From the IMG/VR virus record IMGVR_UViG_3300037524_000103, positions 1 to 34,187 of that record: a DNA stretch of 34,187 nt. One strand, 5' to 3'. The position numbers and the translations under genes were made by a program. The notes under the pieces are model-generated. The model worked only from the letters and a program-made list of their open reading frames with translations, made no database searches and was not told where the DNA came from. Position 1 is the stretch's first letter. Each line of letters opens with the position of its first letter. Shown piece after piece: positions 8,320 through 18,372 of this stretch. The DNA comes from a virus. Lineage: Duplodnaviria; Caudoviricetes.

Positions 8320-9663
8320 CTAGCGCCAGCTACCGGTGGGTTGCTCCCAAGGCAGCGCAGCGGGCCGTTGACCGATAGGAACCCCACGAGTGGGGGTCGG
8401 GAGCGCCGGCGGAGGTTCTTTCGGCGCAATGATTGGCGCGGGCAGTCCCGGCCTTCCGGCAGGAGCGGCGGGAGTCGGCTGCGTGTTGCCGCGCAGTAGT
8501 TGCGCAAGCGCCGCGGCAAACGCAGGGTCAACCGAGGCCCACTTGTTGATCTCTTCAATTTGCGCCGCGGGCGGGTCGCCGGCAATGGCACGAGCAGCCA
8601 TCTCGGGAGTAACTCGTCCAGTATGCACTGCCAGCGCACGCTGCCCCATAGCAACGTCGCCGCCAAACGACTCAGTAAACGCCGCCAGCGCGTCAGCAGT
8701 CTCCTTGGCGTTCATCTGCGGGCGTTCCCGCGCCGGCATCTTCAACCCCGGAGGCAACGCTGCGCTGCCGTCAGGCGCCTTCTTCAACGAGTTGACGTCG
8801 AAATACCTGGGCTCCCCAGTGGCCGCGTCCTGCAACTGCACCCAGTTGGGTTTGTTGGCAGCAGCTTGTCGAACACCGAGTTCCGCGTTAGCGATCCTTG
8901 TACGAGCCGCGTCGTTCTGTGCATTGAGGTATTTCGAGTACGCGTCATTGCTGGCGCGCGTGGCGTCAGCCTGTGCGGAGAACATGTCCTTGGCGCGCGA
9001 GTACAAGTCTTTGTCGATGCCGGACATGATCTGTAGCCCGGTCGCCACGTCGCCTTCTTCCATGTGCGCGTACGCCAGCGCCAACTGCTGGCGCTTGACG
9101 GCGTCGAGCGGGATCTGCTTGCGCTTTCCGTCGTTGAGAACCACGTCAACTGACTTGAACCCCGTGGGTTTGCCTTTCGAGTCCACGAGATCGCCGAAGG
9201 TGAACGGCATCTGCCCGTCAGTATTGATTGCCCCGTACCGCTGCTCGTACGCCTCCAACTGCTCCGGCGTCATGTTCTTGAAGCGGTCGGCGATGTTGAG
9301 CCGCTTGTCTTCAGCCATGCCCAGGCGCAAACCCTGCGAGTCGCCGCGTGCCGCGGCAAGTCCCTGCATCGCCGCGTTGAGTTCGCGCTCGGTCGCCTTG
9401 CGGAAGGGCATCGTCGGGCCGTACTGGGCTTCTTCCGCCGGGGTAGGGATGCCCCTGGTCTGGATGTCAGTCAACCGCGTCGTGGCGTCGTCGACGCGCT
9501 GCGCGTTGCGCATCTGCAGTCCGTGCGCCTCTGCGGCGCGTGCGTCAGCGGCTTTGCGAAGGTCGAGTTCCTGCTGCATGAGCAGCCCCCGCTGATAGCG
9601 ATCCGCCGCTTGGTTGGCGGAAGGGACGAACCCTGCTCCGAACCCACTCCAGAAGTCAGCCAT
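8320..9663 (-). CDS. Ejection/internal virion protein (447 aa)
   Basis: MADFWSGFGAGF N-terminus, helical A/Q/R-rich body, position between pilot-like and large ejection genes; GGAG RBS. Confidence 0.75.
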   Translation of the reverse strand: MADFWSGFGAGFVPSANQAADRYQRGLLMQQELDLRKAADARAAEAHGLQMRNAQRVDDATTRLTDIQTRGIPTPAEEAQYGPTMPFRKATERELNAAMQGLAAARGDSQGLRLGMAEDKRLNIADRFKNMTPEQLEAYEQRYGAINTDGQMPFTFGDLVDSKGKPTGFKSVDVVLNDGKRKQIPLDAVKRQQLALAYAHMEEGDVATGLQIMSGIDKDLYSRAKDMFSAQADATRASNDAYSKYLNAQNDAARTRIANAELGVRQAAANKPNWVQLQDAATGEPRYFDVNSLKKAPDGSAALPPGLKMPARERPQMNAKETADALAAFTESFGGDVAMGQRALAVHTGRVTPEMAARAIAGDPPAAQIEEINKWASVDPAFAAALAQLLRGNTQPTPAAPAGRPGLPAPIIAPKEPPPALPTPTRGVPIGQRPAALPWEQPTGSWR

Positions 9664-9665
9664 GC

Positions 9666-10565
9666 TTATCTCCAGATGGACTCAAGCTGTCGATTGCTCG
9701 GGCTGCTGATGCCCAAGCCACCACTGATGGCCCCGCCCAGGTTGGCGCCAACGACAGAACCCATCGGACCGAAGAACGAGCCGGCGATACCGCCAAGCGC
9801 GCTACCAAGCCCGCCCAGCCCACCAGATTGAGAGCGGCGGTAGTTCTGCTCCGCGATGCTGTCCCAGTTCTTAGCGGCCGAGCTACCCCAGTTCATCGCA
9901 GTAGCCTGTCCAGTGTTCTGTCCCGCCCAGGCTTGGTTGCCCGCACGGAAGCCGGTACCTCCTGCAGCGAGCGCGCTGCCGCTCAAGTCGCCGGACTGTC
10001 CGAGGTAGTTGCCGCTGGCGCCCATCAGGTTGCCGCCAAGCCCCGCAGCCGTGGCACGCAGGTTGAGCCCCTCGCGCTTCGCAGCTTCGTACGCCATCGT
10101 CGCAGCGCTGGCCTTGGCCAAGGCCCCCTCAAGCTCGATGTCAGCCAACGACGACTGCATCGCTGCGCTGTTCGGGTTCCACCCACGAGCCGTCAACCCG
10201 CGCGTGTACGCGCCACGAGCGCTGTCCAACTGCCCCTCGACGTTGGCAATGCCACGACCGGCCATGCGGTCGGCTTCTGCGGGGGTGGAGTACTGGTCGA
10301 CCAGTCTGTAGAACTCGTCTTCCTGTTTGGCGGTCGTGTCCCAGTACCGTTGGTCGAGCCGGCGCGAGCGGTCGTTGGCCTCCGTGGACAACCCTTTAAG
10401 GTAGTTCCACTGCTCAAGTCCTCGCTCGTTCTCAAGCGCAGCCTGCTGGCGGGCCCAGTTGTAGTAGTCCTCCGTCAGAGCCATCTGACGGTATGTCGCG
10501 TCGGTCTGCGCCTTGGCCAGATCGAGTTGCTCCTGAGGCGGCGGTGGTGCTTTCTTGCTTCCCAT
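9666..10565 (-). CDS. Ejection/DNA pilot-like internal virion protein (299 aa)
   Basis: MGSKKAPPPP start, coiled-coil body, Gly-rich hydrophobic C-terminus (GGLGGLGSALGGIAGSFFGPMG); follows the GNAT-like gene. Confidence 0.75.
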   Translation of the reverse strand: MGSKKAPPPPQEQLDLAKAQTDATYRQMALTEDYYNWARQQAALENERGLEQWNYLKGLSTEANDRSRRLDQRYWDTTAKQEDEFYRLVDQYSTPAEADRMAGRGIANVEGQLDSARGAYTRGLTARGWNPNSAAMQSSLADIELEGALAKASAATMAYEAAKREGLNLRATAAGLGGNLMGASGNYLGQSGDLSGSALAAGGTGFRAGNQAWAGQNTGQATAMNWGSSAAKNWDSIAEQNYRRSQSGGLGGLGSALGGIAGSFFGPMGSVVGANLGGAISGGLGISSPSNRQLESIWR

Positions 10566-10978
10566 CAGTGACTCCGGCTCAACATGCGCTGCGCGAACGG
10601 GTCAGTGCGCCACAAGGCGAACAGCAGCAAGTCGTGATCTCCACAGGCGCGCCGCAGCTGCGCCTCCTTGGTGGCGCCAAGCGCCGTGACGAAAGCAATG
10701 GCTTTAAGGTTCCCCGCAGAGACGGCGTAGGTCATCCGCTCCAGCCCGATGTGCTGGTAGACGTACTGAGCCACAGCGCGGAGCAAGGGGACGGGCATGC
10801 CGTCATCGCAGGCGACGTGGGCGAAGATGTTGTTGTCGGTCAAGCCGTCGAAGTACACGCCGGCAATCAGCTCGCCGTCTCGCTCGAAACCAAGCGCAGA
10901 GTTAACGGCCGGGGCAGGAGCGCCCCACCGGGCAGCCACCCAGTTTGCGACTTCCGTGTCTCGGCCGTACACCACCAT
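10565..10978 (-). CDS. GNAT-fold acetyltransferase-like virion assembly protein (137 aa)
   Basis: NLKAIAFVTALGATKEAQLR resembles the GNAT N-x-x-A...LGF-x-x-EG motif; typical position before ejection genes in podoviruses. Confidence 0.75.
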   Translation of the reverse strand: MVVYGRDTEVANWVAARWGAPAPAVNSALGFERDGELIAGVYFDGLTDNNIFAHVACDDGMPVPLLRAVAQYVYQHIGLERMTYAVSAGNLKAIAFVTALGATKEAQLRRACGDHDLLLFALWRTDPFAQRMLSRSH

Positions 10979-10979
10979 C

Positions 10980-11246
10980 TCACTTCGCAGTCAGCTCGTC
11001 GATGAGGTCCGAAAAGTCCATGTCCGGGTCTTCGACCGCGGCCACCTTCGACTTGCGCCCGCGCTTGGCGGGAGCTGCCGGCTCGTCAACCGGCAATGGG
11101 GTCTGCGCCGTCGAAGCGGCGGGGATGGTGAGAACGTCCTCGAACATCTCCAACCCGTCCACAGTAGAACGTCCGACCAACCGGCCCTGGTAGTACAGGC
11201 CGCCAGAAACGAACTCGGCACCTGCCGCTAGGAGTTTGTCGAGCAT
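10980..11246 (-). CDS. Hypothetical protein (88 aa)
   Basis: AAGGGG RBS; PAKRGRKSK basic patch and acidic tail; abuts the next gene. Confidence 0.7.
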   Translation of the reverse strand: MLDKLLAAGAEFVSGGLYYQGRLVGRSTVDGLEMFEDVLTIPAASTAQTPLPVDEPAAPAKRGRKSKVAAVEDPDMDFSDLIDELTAK

Positions 11247-11267
11247 GAAGTACCCCTTTGTGAACGA

Positions 11268-11293
11268 ATCATATCACTTGCATACCTGTAAAC
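11268..11293 (-). promoter_or_regulatory. Palindromic box GCATAC-CT-GTAAAC (11280-11293) plus extended -10 (TGaTATGAT)
   Basis: One mismatch to the recurrent motif; TATGAT (11268-11273) lies 6 nt downstream on the minus strand. Confidence 0.6.
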
Positions 11294-11294
11294 G

Positions 11295-11897
11295 CTACCA
11301 GACTATCGCTGCGACCTCGGCAATAGTTGTTGCTGCGTTGATGGCTGCCCGGCGAGCCTTGAACTGGGTACGGATCTGCGCCGTCCGGTTATTCATCGCC
11401 CGCACCAGTGCCTTGACCTGGGCCGCTGTCAGCGTGATGTCGTTGCCGTTTGCGCGCTCCCAGTCCAGGGTGTACGCCAGCCCATCATTGATCGCCATCT
11501 GGGCCGCCAGCGCCTCCTGCATCAGCTCGGTGCGCGTCTCGGTGTCGGCCTTGAAGTTCACGCCGGAGACGTTGATGTTCGCTTGATCGGCGGCGAGAGC
11601 GGCGGCTTTCATGTCAGCGATCCGCATCTGCTTAGCCTCTGCTAGCGTTGCGGTGCTGACCCACGACATCGTGGCGTTGCTCCACTCGTTGCTGCCGCGC
11701 GGACGGTTCGCTCGGGCTAGCAGCTGTTCTGCGGTGTAGGGGATGAACGCACCGGACGACACGTAGCCAGTGAGTACGGGATGCACAGCGGCAAGGAACC
11801 CGATGTCGGCGTTGCGCGCGTACTCCGTCTGGAGCTGCGTTGGGTGCGTGGTGAACGCGACGATGTCGCCGGTAGTGGTGTTATACGCGGTAGGCAT
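11295..11897 (-). CDS. Tail fibre assembly protein, DUF4376-like C-terminus (200 aa)
   Basis: Start moved to ATG 11897 (MPTAYN..., AAGGT RBS) just after the fibre stop; W...NG...LTAAQVKAL and AATTIAEVAAIVW ending. Confidence 0.75.
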   Translation of the reverse strand: MPTAYNTTTGDIVAFTTHPTQLQTEYARNADIGFLAAVHPVLTGYVSSGAFIPYTAEQLLARANRPRGSNEWSNATMSWVSTATLAEAKQMRIADMKAAALAADQANINVSGVNFKADTETRTELMQEALAAQMAINDGLAYTLDWERANGNDITLTAAQVKALVRAMNNRTAQIRTQFKARRAAINAATTIAEVAAIVW

Positions 11898-11898
11898 G

Positions 11899-14358
11899 TC
11901 ACACCTTGGATATGCCGCCGTTGATAAGTACGGAACCGTTTGCGCCACCAAGCGCGGCAATGTCATACATGTTTCCGGGGTCGTTCCATTTGATAGAAGC
12001 CCTATTCAACATCACTTTTGCAGCCGAAGCTACCCACCCAGCGGGGACGCCGTACACGTACCCTAACGAAAAAGGTACTTGCACCCAAGTGCCGGAGTAT
12101 TGGTACTCTTGCGTTATCTGTATAGCCGTATTGTCCAGTAGCGACCAAAACTGCGCGGCGGGGTTAGCCGCTGGGCCTGTCCACACATACAGCAGAAACT
12201 GGCCTGTGTACAGGCGCAAGCCGGTGCTGTCAAAGCGCAAGCTGAGCGATCCGGTTGCGTTGACAATTACTGTCTCCCCCTCGACGGCCTCAACTGGGAA
12301 CGTCGCTTCTGACCCTATCTGCTGGTTAAGCACAACGGTGTTGCTGGTGATAACGAACGACGAGTACCCGCCCCCGTTGAACGGTTTCGTCACCGCGCCA
12401 ACTTGAATCCGATCCGTCGTAATCGTGCGCGAAGTGATCTTGTCAGCATTCAGCGACCCCGCCGCAATGCGGTTGGCACTCAACGTACCGGTGCTGATCG
12501 TCCCGGCATCCACACTGGCAATGCGCGCGTAGTCAATGGCCGCCGCCGCGATGTAGGTGCTGACATTGTCGGAGTTGATCTGGAACAACCCAGACCCGCC
12601 GCTGACGACGACGTTGCCGTTCTGCAGCGTGAAAGACAGGTCGATCCAGGCGTTGTCGGGACCGTCCAAGTCTGGATCTGCGCCACTCCCAGCGTACTTC
12701 TCGGCAAGGGCGTTACCCATACCTACGCCGCCCCCGTAGGAGATCAGCATGTACGCGCCGCGAGACAGAAAGTTCGTAGACTCGAAGATGCCCGGCGTTC
12801 CACCGGCTTTGTAAATCGCGGCGGGCAACCCGCCAGTCGTGCGCAGGTTGGAAGGCTCGTCGTAGGTGAACAGGACGATGACCTGACTCGACGTTGTGGC
12901 GTTGAGCGCTGCAGCCAACGCAGCGGCATCGCGGCCCGCCGCATCAGCTCCAGCACCGTACACATCGTAGGTCTGCGAAGTGATGCCGCCCGTAGTCCGG
13001 TCAATCAACGCCAAGCTGTACGACCTGCCTGGACCGGCGACAAGTGCGTTGCTCTCGTCGTACAAGCCGCCGTTAAGCGGCGCTCCGTTCGTCCCAAGCC
13101 CGCGCGACACCACACGGTACGTCTTTGGCTTGATGCCGCCAAGGCGCGACCAGTCGAGGTTCTGTGACGCGCTCAGGATCACGTTGCCGCTCGCGTCCTT
13201 GATGGTCAAGTTGCGTGAATCGATCTTGTCGGCGGTGATGCTGTTGGCGTTGATCTTGTCGCCGCTCAAGTTGACAATCTTCGCGTCAGTGACAGTCAGG
13301 TTGGCGATCTTGGCGCCCGTCACTGCTAAATCAGCGATCTTCGCGGTCTGTATCGTGGCTTCGGCGATCTTCGCGTTGTCGACCGCCAAGTCAGCAATGA
13401 TCGCGTTGGTGACCGCTGCGTTGGCAAGAACGCCAGAGCCCGCAGTGATGGTGCCTGTGATCATCGACGCCGAAGACACGGTACGCGCAATCAGATCGGC
13501 ACCATCCACCTGCGCAGTCCACGTAGTGCCTGTTGAACGGTACAGCCGGCTGTTCGTCGTCGTGATGAAGATCGCGCCGGCTGGGTACAACGCGTTGGGC
13601 AGTGCAGGCAGCGCCGCGCCCATGAACACCGGAGTCGTGCCGTTGGCGAACATGATCGGCGTGATCTGCCCGCTGGCGATATTGTTGGCCAGTACTACCG
13701 CGTCACCGAGATCAAGGTTGCCGATGAGCAGCCGCCCGCCCGGCGTACCTGCCGTAGCGTTCACCGCGCCGGTTGTGTTCTCCAGGTTGACCGCGCGAAC
13801 CCAGTAGTAGTACGTAGTGTTCAACGCCGCGGTGGCGTCTACGTACTGGTTCGAGACTGCCGTGCCGATCACCGTGGCCATAGCCAAGTTGTCGGACGTG
13901 TAGCGCAGTACTTCGGTGTACGCGTGGTTCCGGTAGTCCAGCAAGTCCCAGTCAAGGATGACGTTGGTGAACGCGCCCTGCACCGTCAGGTTCTCGGGTG
14001 TTGGCGGAGTCGACAACACTGGGCGCGGGTCTTCGTACCCACTACCCCCACCGCCGCCACCTCCAGGAACGACGTTGATCGTGGTATCACCAGCGCGCAT
14101 CCCCTGCGAGGGGGTGTATACGAACACGTCGTCGTTCAGCAAATCACGCGAAGTCAGGGCCTTGTCCAGCACCGAGCCAGACGACCCCGTCAGAGTGTCG
14201 ACAACAGCCTTCAGTGCACGAACACTGCGCGCAAGAGCGGCCACGTCCTCAGTGGGTGGAGGAACCCCCGGCAGCGAAGCTGCGCGAGTCAGGTCCGCTG
14301 TGCCGTCTGCGAACTCTACCGCCAGCCTGTTCGAGATGGTCTCAGAGCTGTCCGCCAT
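11899..14358 (-). CDS. Tail fibre / host-specificity protein with Fn3-like domain, 10-aa AKI repeats and ILEI/PANDER-like domain (819 aa)
   Basis: Start moved to ATG 14358 (MADSSE..., GGGGA RBS); PPTPENLTV...YYYWVRAVN Fn3 pattern; IADLAVDNAKI-type repeats; RSYSLALIDR...TYDVYG...FTYDEP...RGAYMLI ILEI pattern. Confidence 0.85.
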   Translation of the reverse strand: MADSSETISNRLAVEFADGTADLTRAASLPGVPPPTEDVAALARSVRALKAVVDTLTGSSGSVLDKALTSRDLLNDDVFVYTPSQGMRAGDTTINVVPGGGGGGGSGYEDPRPVLSTPPTPENLTVQGAFTNVILDWDLLDYRNHAYTEVLRYTSDNLAMATVIGTAVSNQYVDATAALNTTYYYWVRAVNLENTTGAVNATAGTPGGRLLIGNLDLGDAVVLANNIASGQITPIMFANGTTPVFMGAALPALPNALYPAGAIFITTTNSRLYRSTGTTWTAQVDGADLIARTVSSASMITGTITAGSGVLANAAVTNAIIADLAVDNAKIAEATIQTAKIADLAVTGAKIANLTVTDAKIVNLSGDKINANSITADKIDSRNLTIKDASGNVILSASQNLDWSRLGGIKPKTYRVVSRGLGTNGAPLNGGLYDESNALVAGPGRSYSLALIDRTTGGITSQTYDVYGAGADAAGRDAAALAAALNATTSSQVIVLFTYDEPSNLRTTGGLPAAIYKAGGTPGIFESTNFLSRGAYMLISYGGGVGMGNALAEKYAGSGADPDLDGPDNAWIDLSFTLQNGNVVVSGGSGLFQINSDNVSTYIAAAAIDYARIASVDAGTISTGTLSANRIAAGSLNADKITSRTITTDRIQVGAVTKPFNGGGYSSFVITSNTVVLNQQIGSEATFPVEAVEGETVIVNATGSLSLRFDSTGLRLYTGQFLLYVWTGPAANPAAQFWSLLDNTAIQITQEYQYSGTWVQVPFSLGYVYGVPAGWVASAAKVMLNRASIKWNDPGNMYDIAALGGANGSVLINGGISKV

Positions 14359-16006
14359 CAATGATCCCCTGCATCGTGTCGGACAAGACGAACGAACGCA
14401 CCGTGCCGGAGCCGGTGAAGCGAACCCTGTACCGCGACGCCACGTATCCTGACGGCAGCTTGAACGCAACACGCCCGGAGTACGTGCGAGGGCCGAACTT
14501 CACCTCACCGTCTGCGATCAAGGTGAACTGGATGCTGCCGATAGAGTCCACACGCGCCGCGCTCATGTTCATCGGGGAAGGCGCCAGCAGGTCACCAGAC
14601 TCCCACGTCATGGTCGACGCAGCCCCTGCGTCCCACTTGCGCACCTCGCGGTTGTTGCCCGTACCGTTGATGCAGAGGTACAGCGCGTCGCGCCCGCGGT
14701 CACGGAACCCCGCCGTAGCGTAGTAGTTCGTTCGACTGAAGCTCAGCTCGGGGCCGAAGTCGAACACCAAGCCGTTCTTGGTAGTGCCGTCGTCGTAGAA
14801 GGCGATGTACTTCGTGTCTGCGTTGTACGCGTGAATAGTCTCCGGCTTGTAAGCCTGCCACTGCTGACGCGTAAGCAACGTATCTGTCAGCATGCGAAAC
14901 CCGCCGGAGCCTACGAAAGCCAGTCCGTCTGGGCACGCGAACACTACCCCGCCATTCATCTCGACCATCGACCGCTTCGACACACAGGTCTGCGGCACTG
15001 CAAGCCGCTCCGAAGTCAGCTGCGAGGGGTCAGCTCCCGTGAACACGTACAGACTGCGCTTGGTAGCCACCAGCAGCGATTGATCAAAAGCCGCCAGTCC
15101 AACGATGGCTGCATCCACGGATTGCTCATACCGTCGCGGCCACGCGTGTGGGACGAACGGCTCGGAGAAGCACACCGTGCTGCCGCTGAACCCGGCCAAG
15201 ATGCCGTTGGCCATCTGTGTGAGGCCGACCATGTCGCTGCGTGGCTCCGACCAGTTCTTGCTGCGCATGGCTTCCCCCAGCGTAGCGGTCGACGCAGTGT
15301 CTGCGTATGTTTCGGTGGCGATGGCGAGAGAGTCGTCCTTGTTCACGAGTAGGAACTTGGCCGAACCCGTAGTCCCAGTCGCAGACCGGTAAATGCGCTT
15401 CTTGGCGCCTGTGCCGAGCGGGTAGTTCCCTGCGGCGGAAGTCTGCATCGTCACCGTGATCGTCTGACCAGCACGCCACGTCACCAAGGCGGACGGATCG
15501 GAGGGCTCGCTCTCCTCACCCCACTGGGATACAAGGGTCACGACATAGGCTACGGTCTCAGGCGTCGACTCCGGGTCGTCGGCAGTGCCGCTCAGCTCCA
15601 CCGTGGGGGTCGCTGGCTTCGGCAAACCCATCTTGAAGCTGGCGCTGGGGTACGGCGCGGCGGAAGTGGCGATGCTGGAGCGCGTCTTGGATGGTCCTGC
15701 AGCCGTACCGGTGAAGTACGTAGTTTCCTCAGTGTCCCCATCGAGTGGGCCCTTGAGGAAGTTGGCGTCTTCGACCGCCTGGAACCAGTACTGCGCCTCG
15801 TTGGTGTTGGTCTGCCCGAAGCGGTAGATGGTCTTCAGCTCGTTGGACGAGGTCAGCGTCACTGCGGCAGCGGCAGGTGCATAGATCGGCGCCAGCGTAC
15901 CCTGGAGAAACGACGTATTGATGGCGTTGGTTGCCTCGCCAGGATTCAACAGGTCCGAGGAGACTGCCGGGCGCATGCCGGTGAACACCCGCACTTCCGC
16001 GCGCAT
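14342..16006 (-). CDS. Tail nozzle / DNA-stabilisation (tubular) protein (554 aa)
   Basis: Size, position, beta-propeller-like motifs (FSEPFVPHAWP, CVSKRSMV, FACPDGL); AAGGGG RBS. Confidence 0.75.
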   Translation of the reverse strand: MRAEVRVFTGMRPAVSSDLLNPGEATNAINTSFLQGTLAPIYAPAAAAVTLTSSNELKTIYRFGQTNTNEAQYWFQAVEDANFLKGPLDGDTEETTYFTGTAAGPSKTRSSIATSAAPYPSASFKMGLPKPATPTVELSGTADDPESTPETVAYVVTLVSQWGEESEPSDPSALVTWRAGQTITVTMQTSAAGNYPLGTGAKKRIYRSATGTTGSAKFLLVNKDDSLAIATETYADTASTATLGEAMRSKNWSEPRSDMVGLTQMANGILAGFSGSTVCFSEPFVPHAWPRRYEQSVDAAIVGLAAFDQSLLVATKRSLYVFTGADPSQLTSERLAVPQTCVSKRSMVEMNGGVVFACPDGLAFVGSGGFRMLTDTLLTRQQWQAYKPETIHAYNADTKYIAFYDDGTTKNGLVFDFGPELSFSRTNYYATAGFRDRGRDALYLCINGTGNNREVRKWDAGAASTMTWESGDLLAPSPMNMSAARVDSIGSIQFTLIADGEVKFGPRTYSGRVAFKLPSGYVASRYRVRFTGSGTVRSFVLSDTMQGIIDGGQL

Positions 16007-16019
16007 GAAGAACCCCTTG

Positions 16020-16301
16020 TCAGTTGAACGGGGCGTACACGGTCAACGTCGCGGTCTCGCCGCGCCACTCGCCCTGTCCGATGATGATGTGTGCTTGCAA
16101 CTTCCACGTCCCCGCCATGTCGAAGGTGTCGGCGTTGGTCGTGTACCCAATCAAGTTGGTGCCGGACAGAAACGCAGGCCACACCTCCTGGTCACCGTTC
16201 GGTTTGAGTACGTTGATCTCGCGCAGCATTGCTGTAGATACGTCGCGCCCACAGTCCAGCAAGATGTCCGTGTTGGCGTCGTTGATGTAAACCTTGGCCA
16301 T
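16020..16301 (-). CDS. Small BppU-N-like adaptor protein (93 aa)
   Basis: KPNG...W...IGYTT...D-x-AGTWKLQA pattern; GGAG RBS. Confidence 0.6.
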   Translation of the reverse strand: MAKVYINDANTDILLDCGRDVSTAMLREINVLKPNGDQEVWPAFLSGTNLIGYTTNADTFDMAGTWKLQAHIIIGQGEWRGETATLTVYAPFN

Positions 16302-16304
16302 GCG

Positions 16305-17435
16305 TCACGCTCCGTGTATGTAGGACGTCAGCGTCACTGAGGATGCAATGGGGGACTGTAGCGTGACCGACTCGAACGCGCTGCGCACTGTGCCCATAAG
16401 AGATACCGTTGTGTCCACTTGGTCAGTGATAGACAACGTCGCATTTCTCACAGCCAGCATGTTCGCAGTCGCTACCAAAGTGTCGCTCGCATCCGTAACG
16501 ACCAAAGAAGCGCTGCTCTCGGTGGTGGCGAGCGCCACGGCGGCAACGGTGTCATCCGGTTCCGTGACGTAGAAGAACACGGTGCGCGGCACCAGCACCA
16601 CAGCCGCGGAAACCGTCAGCGCGTCATCCTCGTCCGCAACAGCCAACGCGGCGTTGCGCTGGACTTCTGGCCCGGTAAACAGGGCATTGAGGGTGTCTGC
16701 AGCATCAGTGACCGACAGCGAGGCGCTTACGCTCGTACTCCACGACAGCGCAACTTCGGCGGCCAGGGTGTCGACATCATCGGTCTGCAACAGATCGGCG
16801 AACGCCCCGAAGTCCACCGTCACGGTGCCTGTGCCGGCTTGCTCCACGCCGTCGATGAACCACTTGTAGGTGATCTCGCACACGCCGGTCAGTTGCGGCG
16901 CGATGACGGTGAACGATGTGTCCCCGAAGACCGTGGCGGTGTAGCCAGGGGTGACGCTCAGAACCTCCAGCCGGACGTAGTTCGCCTGCAGCGCGTTGGT
17001 GACGACTTCCTCATACAGAATCGCCGGCCCGTCTTGGCCGATGGCCGGCACCGCAGAACCGAGAACGCCGAGAAGCACCGACTCGGCGACCATTTCGTCG
17101 TCTTCGTCGTACTCATTCAGGTTTGCGCGGTTGACGCCAGTGCCGGTGGCCCACGACGCAGCGTAGACCTGGGTGTGGCCTAGCCCGCGCGAGTAGAGCT
17201 GCCACCACGGCCTCGGGCGCATGGTGCCCGTAACGCCAGGATCGCCACCGCCACCACCACTCCTGGCGTGCTGGTAGACGAACGTCGTGGTGCCGCGCGC
17301 CTTGACGACGAACGCCTGAGGAGGTTTTGCCAGCGCAGCCGGATTGGCTGCGGAATACCCCTGACTGCGGAAGACGCGGCTACCCGTTGCACGACTGCCG
17401 CCGCGCTGTATGGAGTAGCCGCGGTCTCTCAGCAC
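16305..17435 (-). CDS. Repeat-containing virion fibre/stalk protein (376 aa)
   Basis: GTG start 1 nt after the upstream stop; C-terminal half has repeats LLQTDDVDTL, LSVTDAADTL, LAVADEDDAL, FYVTEPDDTV, LVVTDASDTL, LSITDQVDTT. Confidence 0.7.
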   Translation of the reverse strand: MLRDRGYSIQRGGSRATGSRVFRSQGYSAANPAALAKPPQAFVVKARGTTTFVYQHARSGGGGGDPGVTGTMRPRPWWQLYSRGLGHTQVYAASWATGTGVNRANLNEYDEDDEMVAESVLLGVLGSAVPAIGQDGPAILYEEVVTNALQANYVRLEVLSVTPGYTATVFGDTSFTVIAPQLTGVCEITYKWFIDGVEQAGTGTVTVDFGAFADLLQTDDVDTLAAEVALSWSTSVSASLSVTDAADTLNALFTGPEVQRNAALAVADEDDALTVSAAVVLVPRTVFFYVTEPDDTVAAVALATTESSASLVVTDASDTLVATANMLAVRNATLSITDQVDTTVSLMGTVRSAFESVTLQSPIASSVTLTSYIHGA

Positions 17436-17436
17436 G

Positions 17437-18360
17437 TCACACGTCCGTCAGCAGCAGGATGTTCAGGTCATCCGCGCCGGAAGCGGTGCACTTCAGGATG
17501 CAGGCGTTGGCGTTCAGCGACGCGGCAGTCAGGTCGATCTTGTACCAGCCGTTGTTCGTCTCGGTTGCCGCGCCCAGCGAAGTGAAGTTCGAGCCGCCGT
17601 CCAGCGAGTAGTTGACCGTCACTGTCAGGCCCGTTGCCGGGTTGTGGTTGGTGTTGTCCGTCATCACGAACGGGTAGCCGGACAGCGCGGTGTTGCGCTT
17701 CAGGCCCGAGCGAATGGCGACACTGCCCGACGACAGGCTCAGCTCACCAGCACCAGTACCGGACTTGATCGTGACCACCGGATAGCCGTTGGAGTCGGTT
17801 GCTGCGGCAGTGTTGCCCTTCCAATGAGTCGTGTTGACCTCGGGGCGACCACTTGCGAACGTGCCGGCAGCGCCACCGAAGTTGACCACGTTCACGCCAA
17901 GCTGGGCAGTTGCCGTACTGACCGCGGACCCGCTGATCTGGGTCACGCTCACGTCGAGCAGGTCGCCACCGTCACAGAGCGCGTCGTTGACCGCTGCAGC
18001 ACGGAAGCAGATGACCGGACCGCGCCAGGGCAGGACGCCAGTCGCCACCCCAGTGAACCAGCCGTAGCCTTCGGTGTCGTTGTTGATCGACGCGCCGCCG
18101 CTGGCGGGGATCTCGATGGTGTAGATGCCGTGCGCGCCGTGGTCGGTCCAGTCGTATGCGCCGCCCACAGTCGGCGTGACCTGCACGCCGTTGTTGTAGA
18201 CCCCGGCCGACGTGACGAAGTGCCACGTCAACACCAGCCCGGCGGCGTTGTACGCCACGGCATCTTGAATGGTTTTGAAATCTGAAGCCGACAGCAGCGG
18301 CATCAAGTTCACAGGCACCTCGGTGAGTGCCGTGTCCACGTCCATGTAAAAGTCAGCCAT
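17437..18360 (-). CDS. Putative virion structural protein (307 aa)
   Basis: GGAGAG RBS; two Ig-like beta-rich ends (GIYTIEIP; GWYKIDLTAA) joined by short V-x-V repeats. Confidence 0.7.
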   Translation of the reverse strand: MADFYMDVDTALTEVPVNLMPLLSASDFKTIQDAVAYNAAGLVLTWHFVTSAGVYNNGVQVTPTVGGAYDWTDHGAHGIYTIEIPASGGASINNDTEGYGWFTGVATGVLPWRGPVICFRAAAVNDALCDGGDLLDVSVTQISGSAVSTATAQLGVNVVNFGGAAGTFASGRPEVNTTHWKGNTAAATDSNGYPVVTIKSGTGAGELSLSSGSVAIRSGLKRNTALSGYPFVMTDNTNHNPATGLTVTVNYSLDGGSNFTSLGAATETNNGWYKIDLTAASLNANACILKCTASGADDLNILLLTDV

Positions 18361-18372
18361 GTCACTCTCCCG

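Noticed and set aside
8316-8666. Second candidate overprinted ORF (116 aa)
   Set aside because: R/P/L-rich off-frame read of a Pro/Ala-rich tail; no RBS or codon-bias support, unlike 6428..6628
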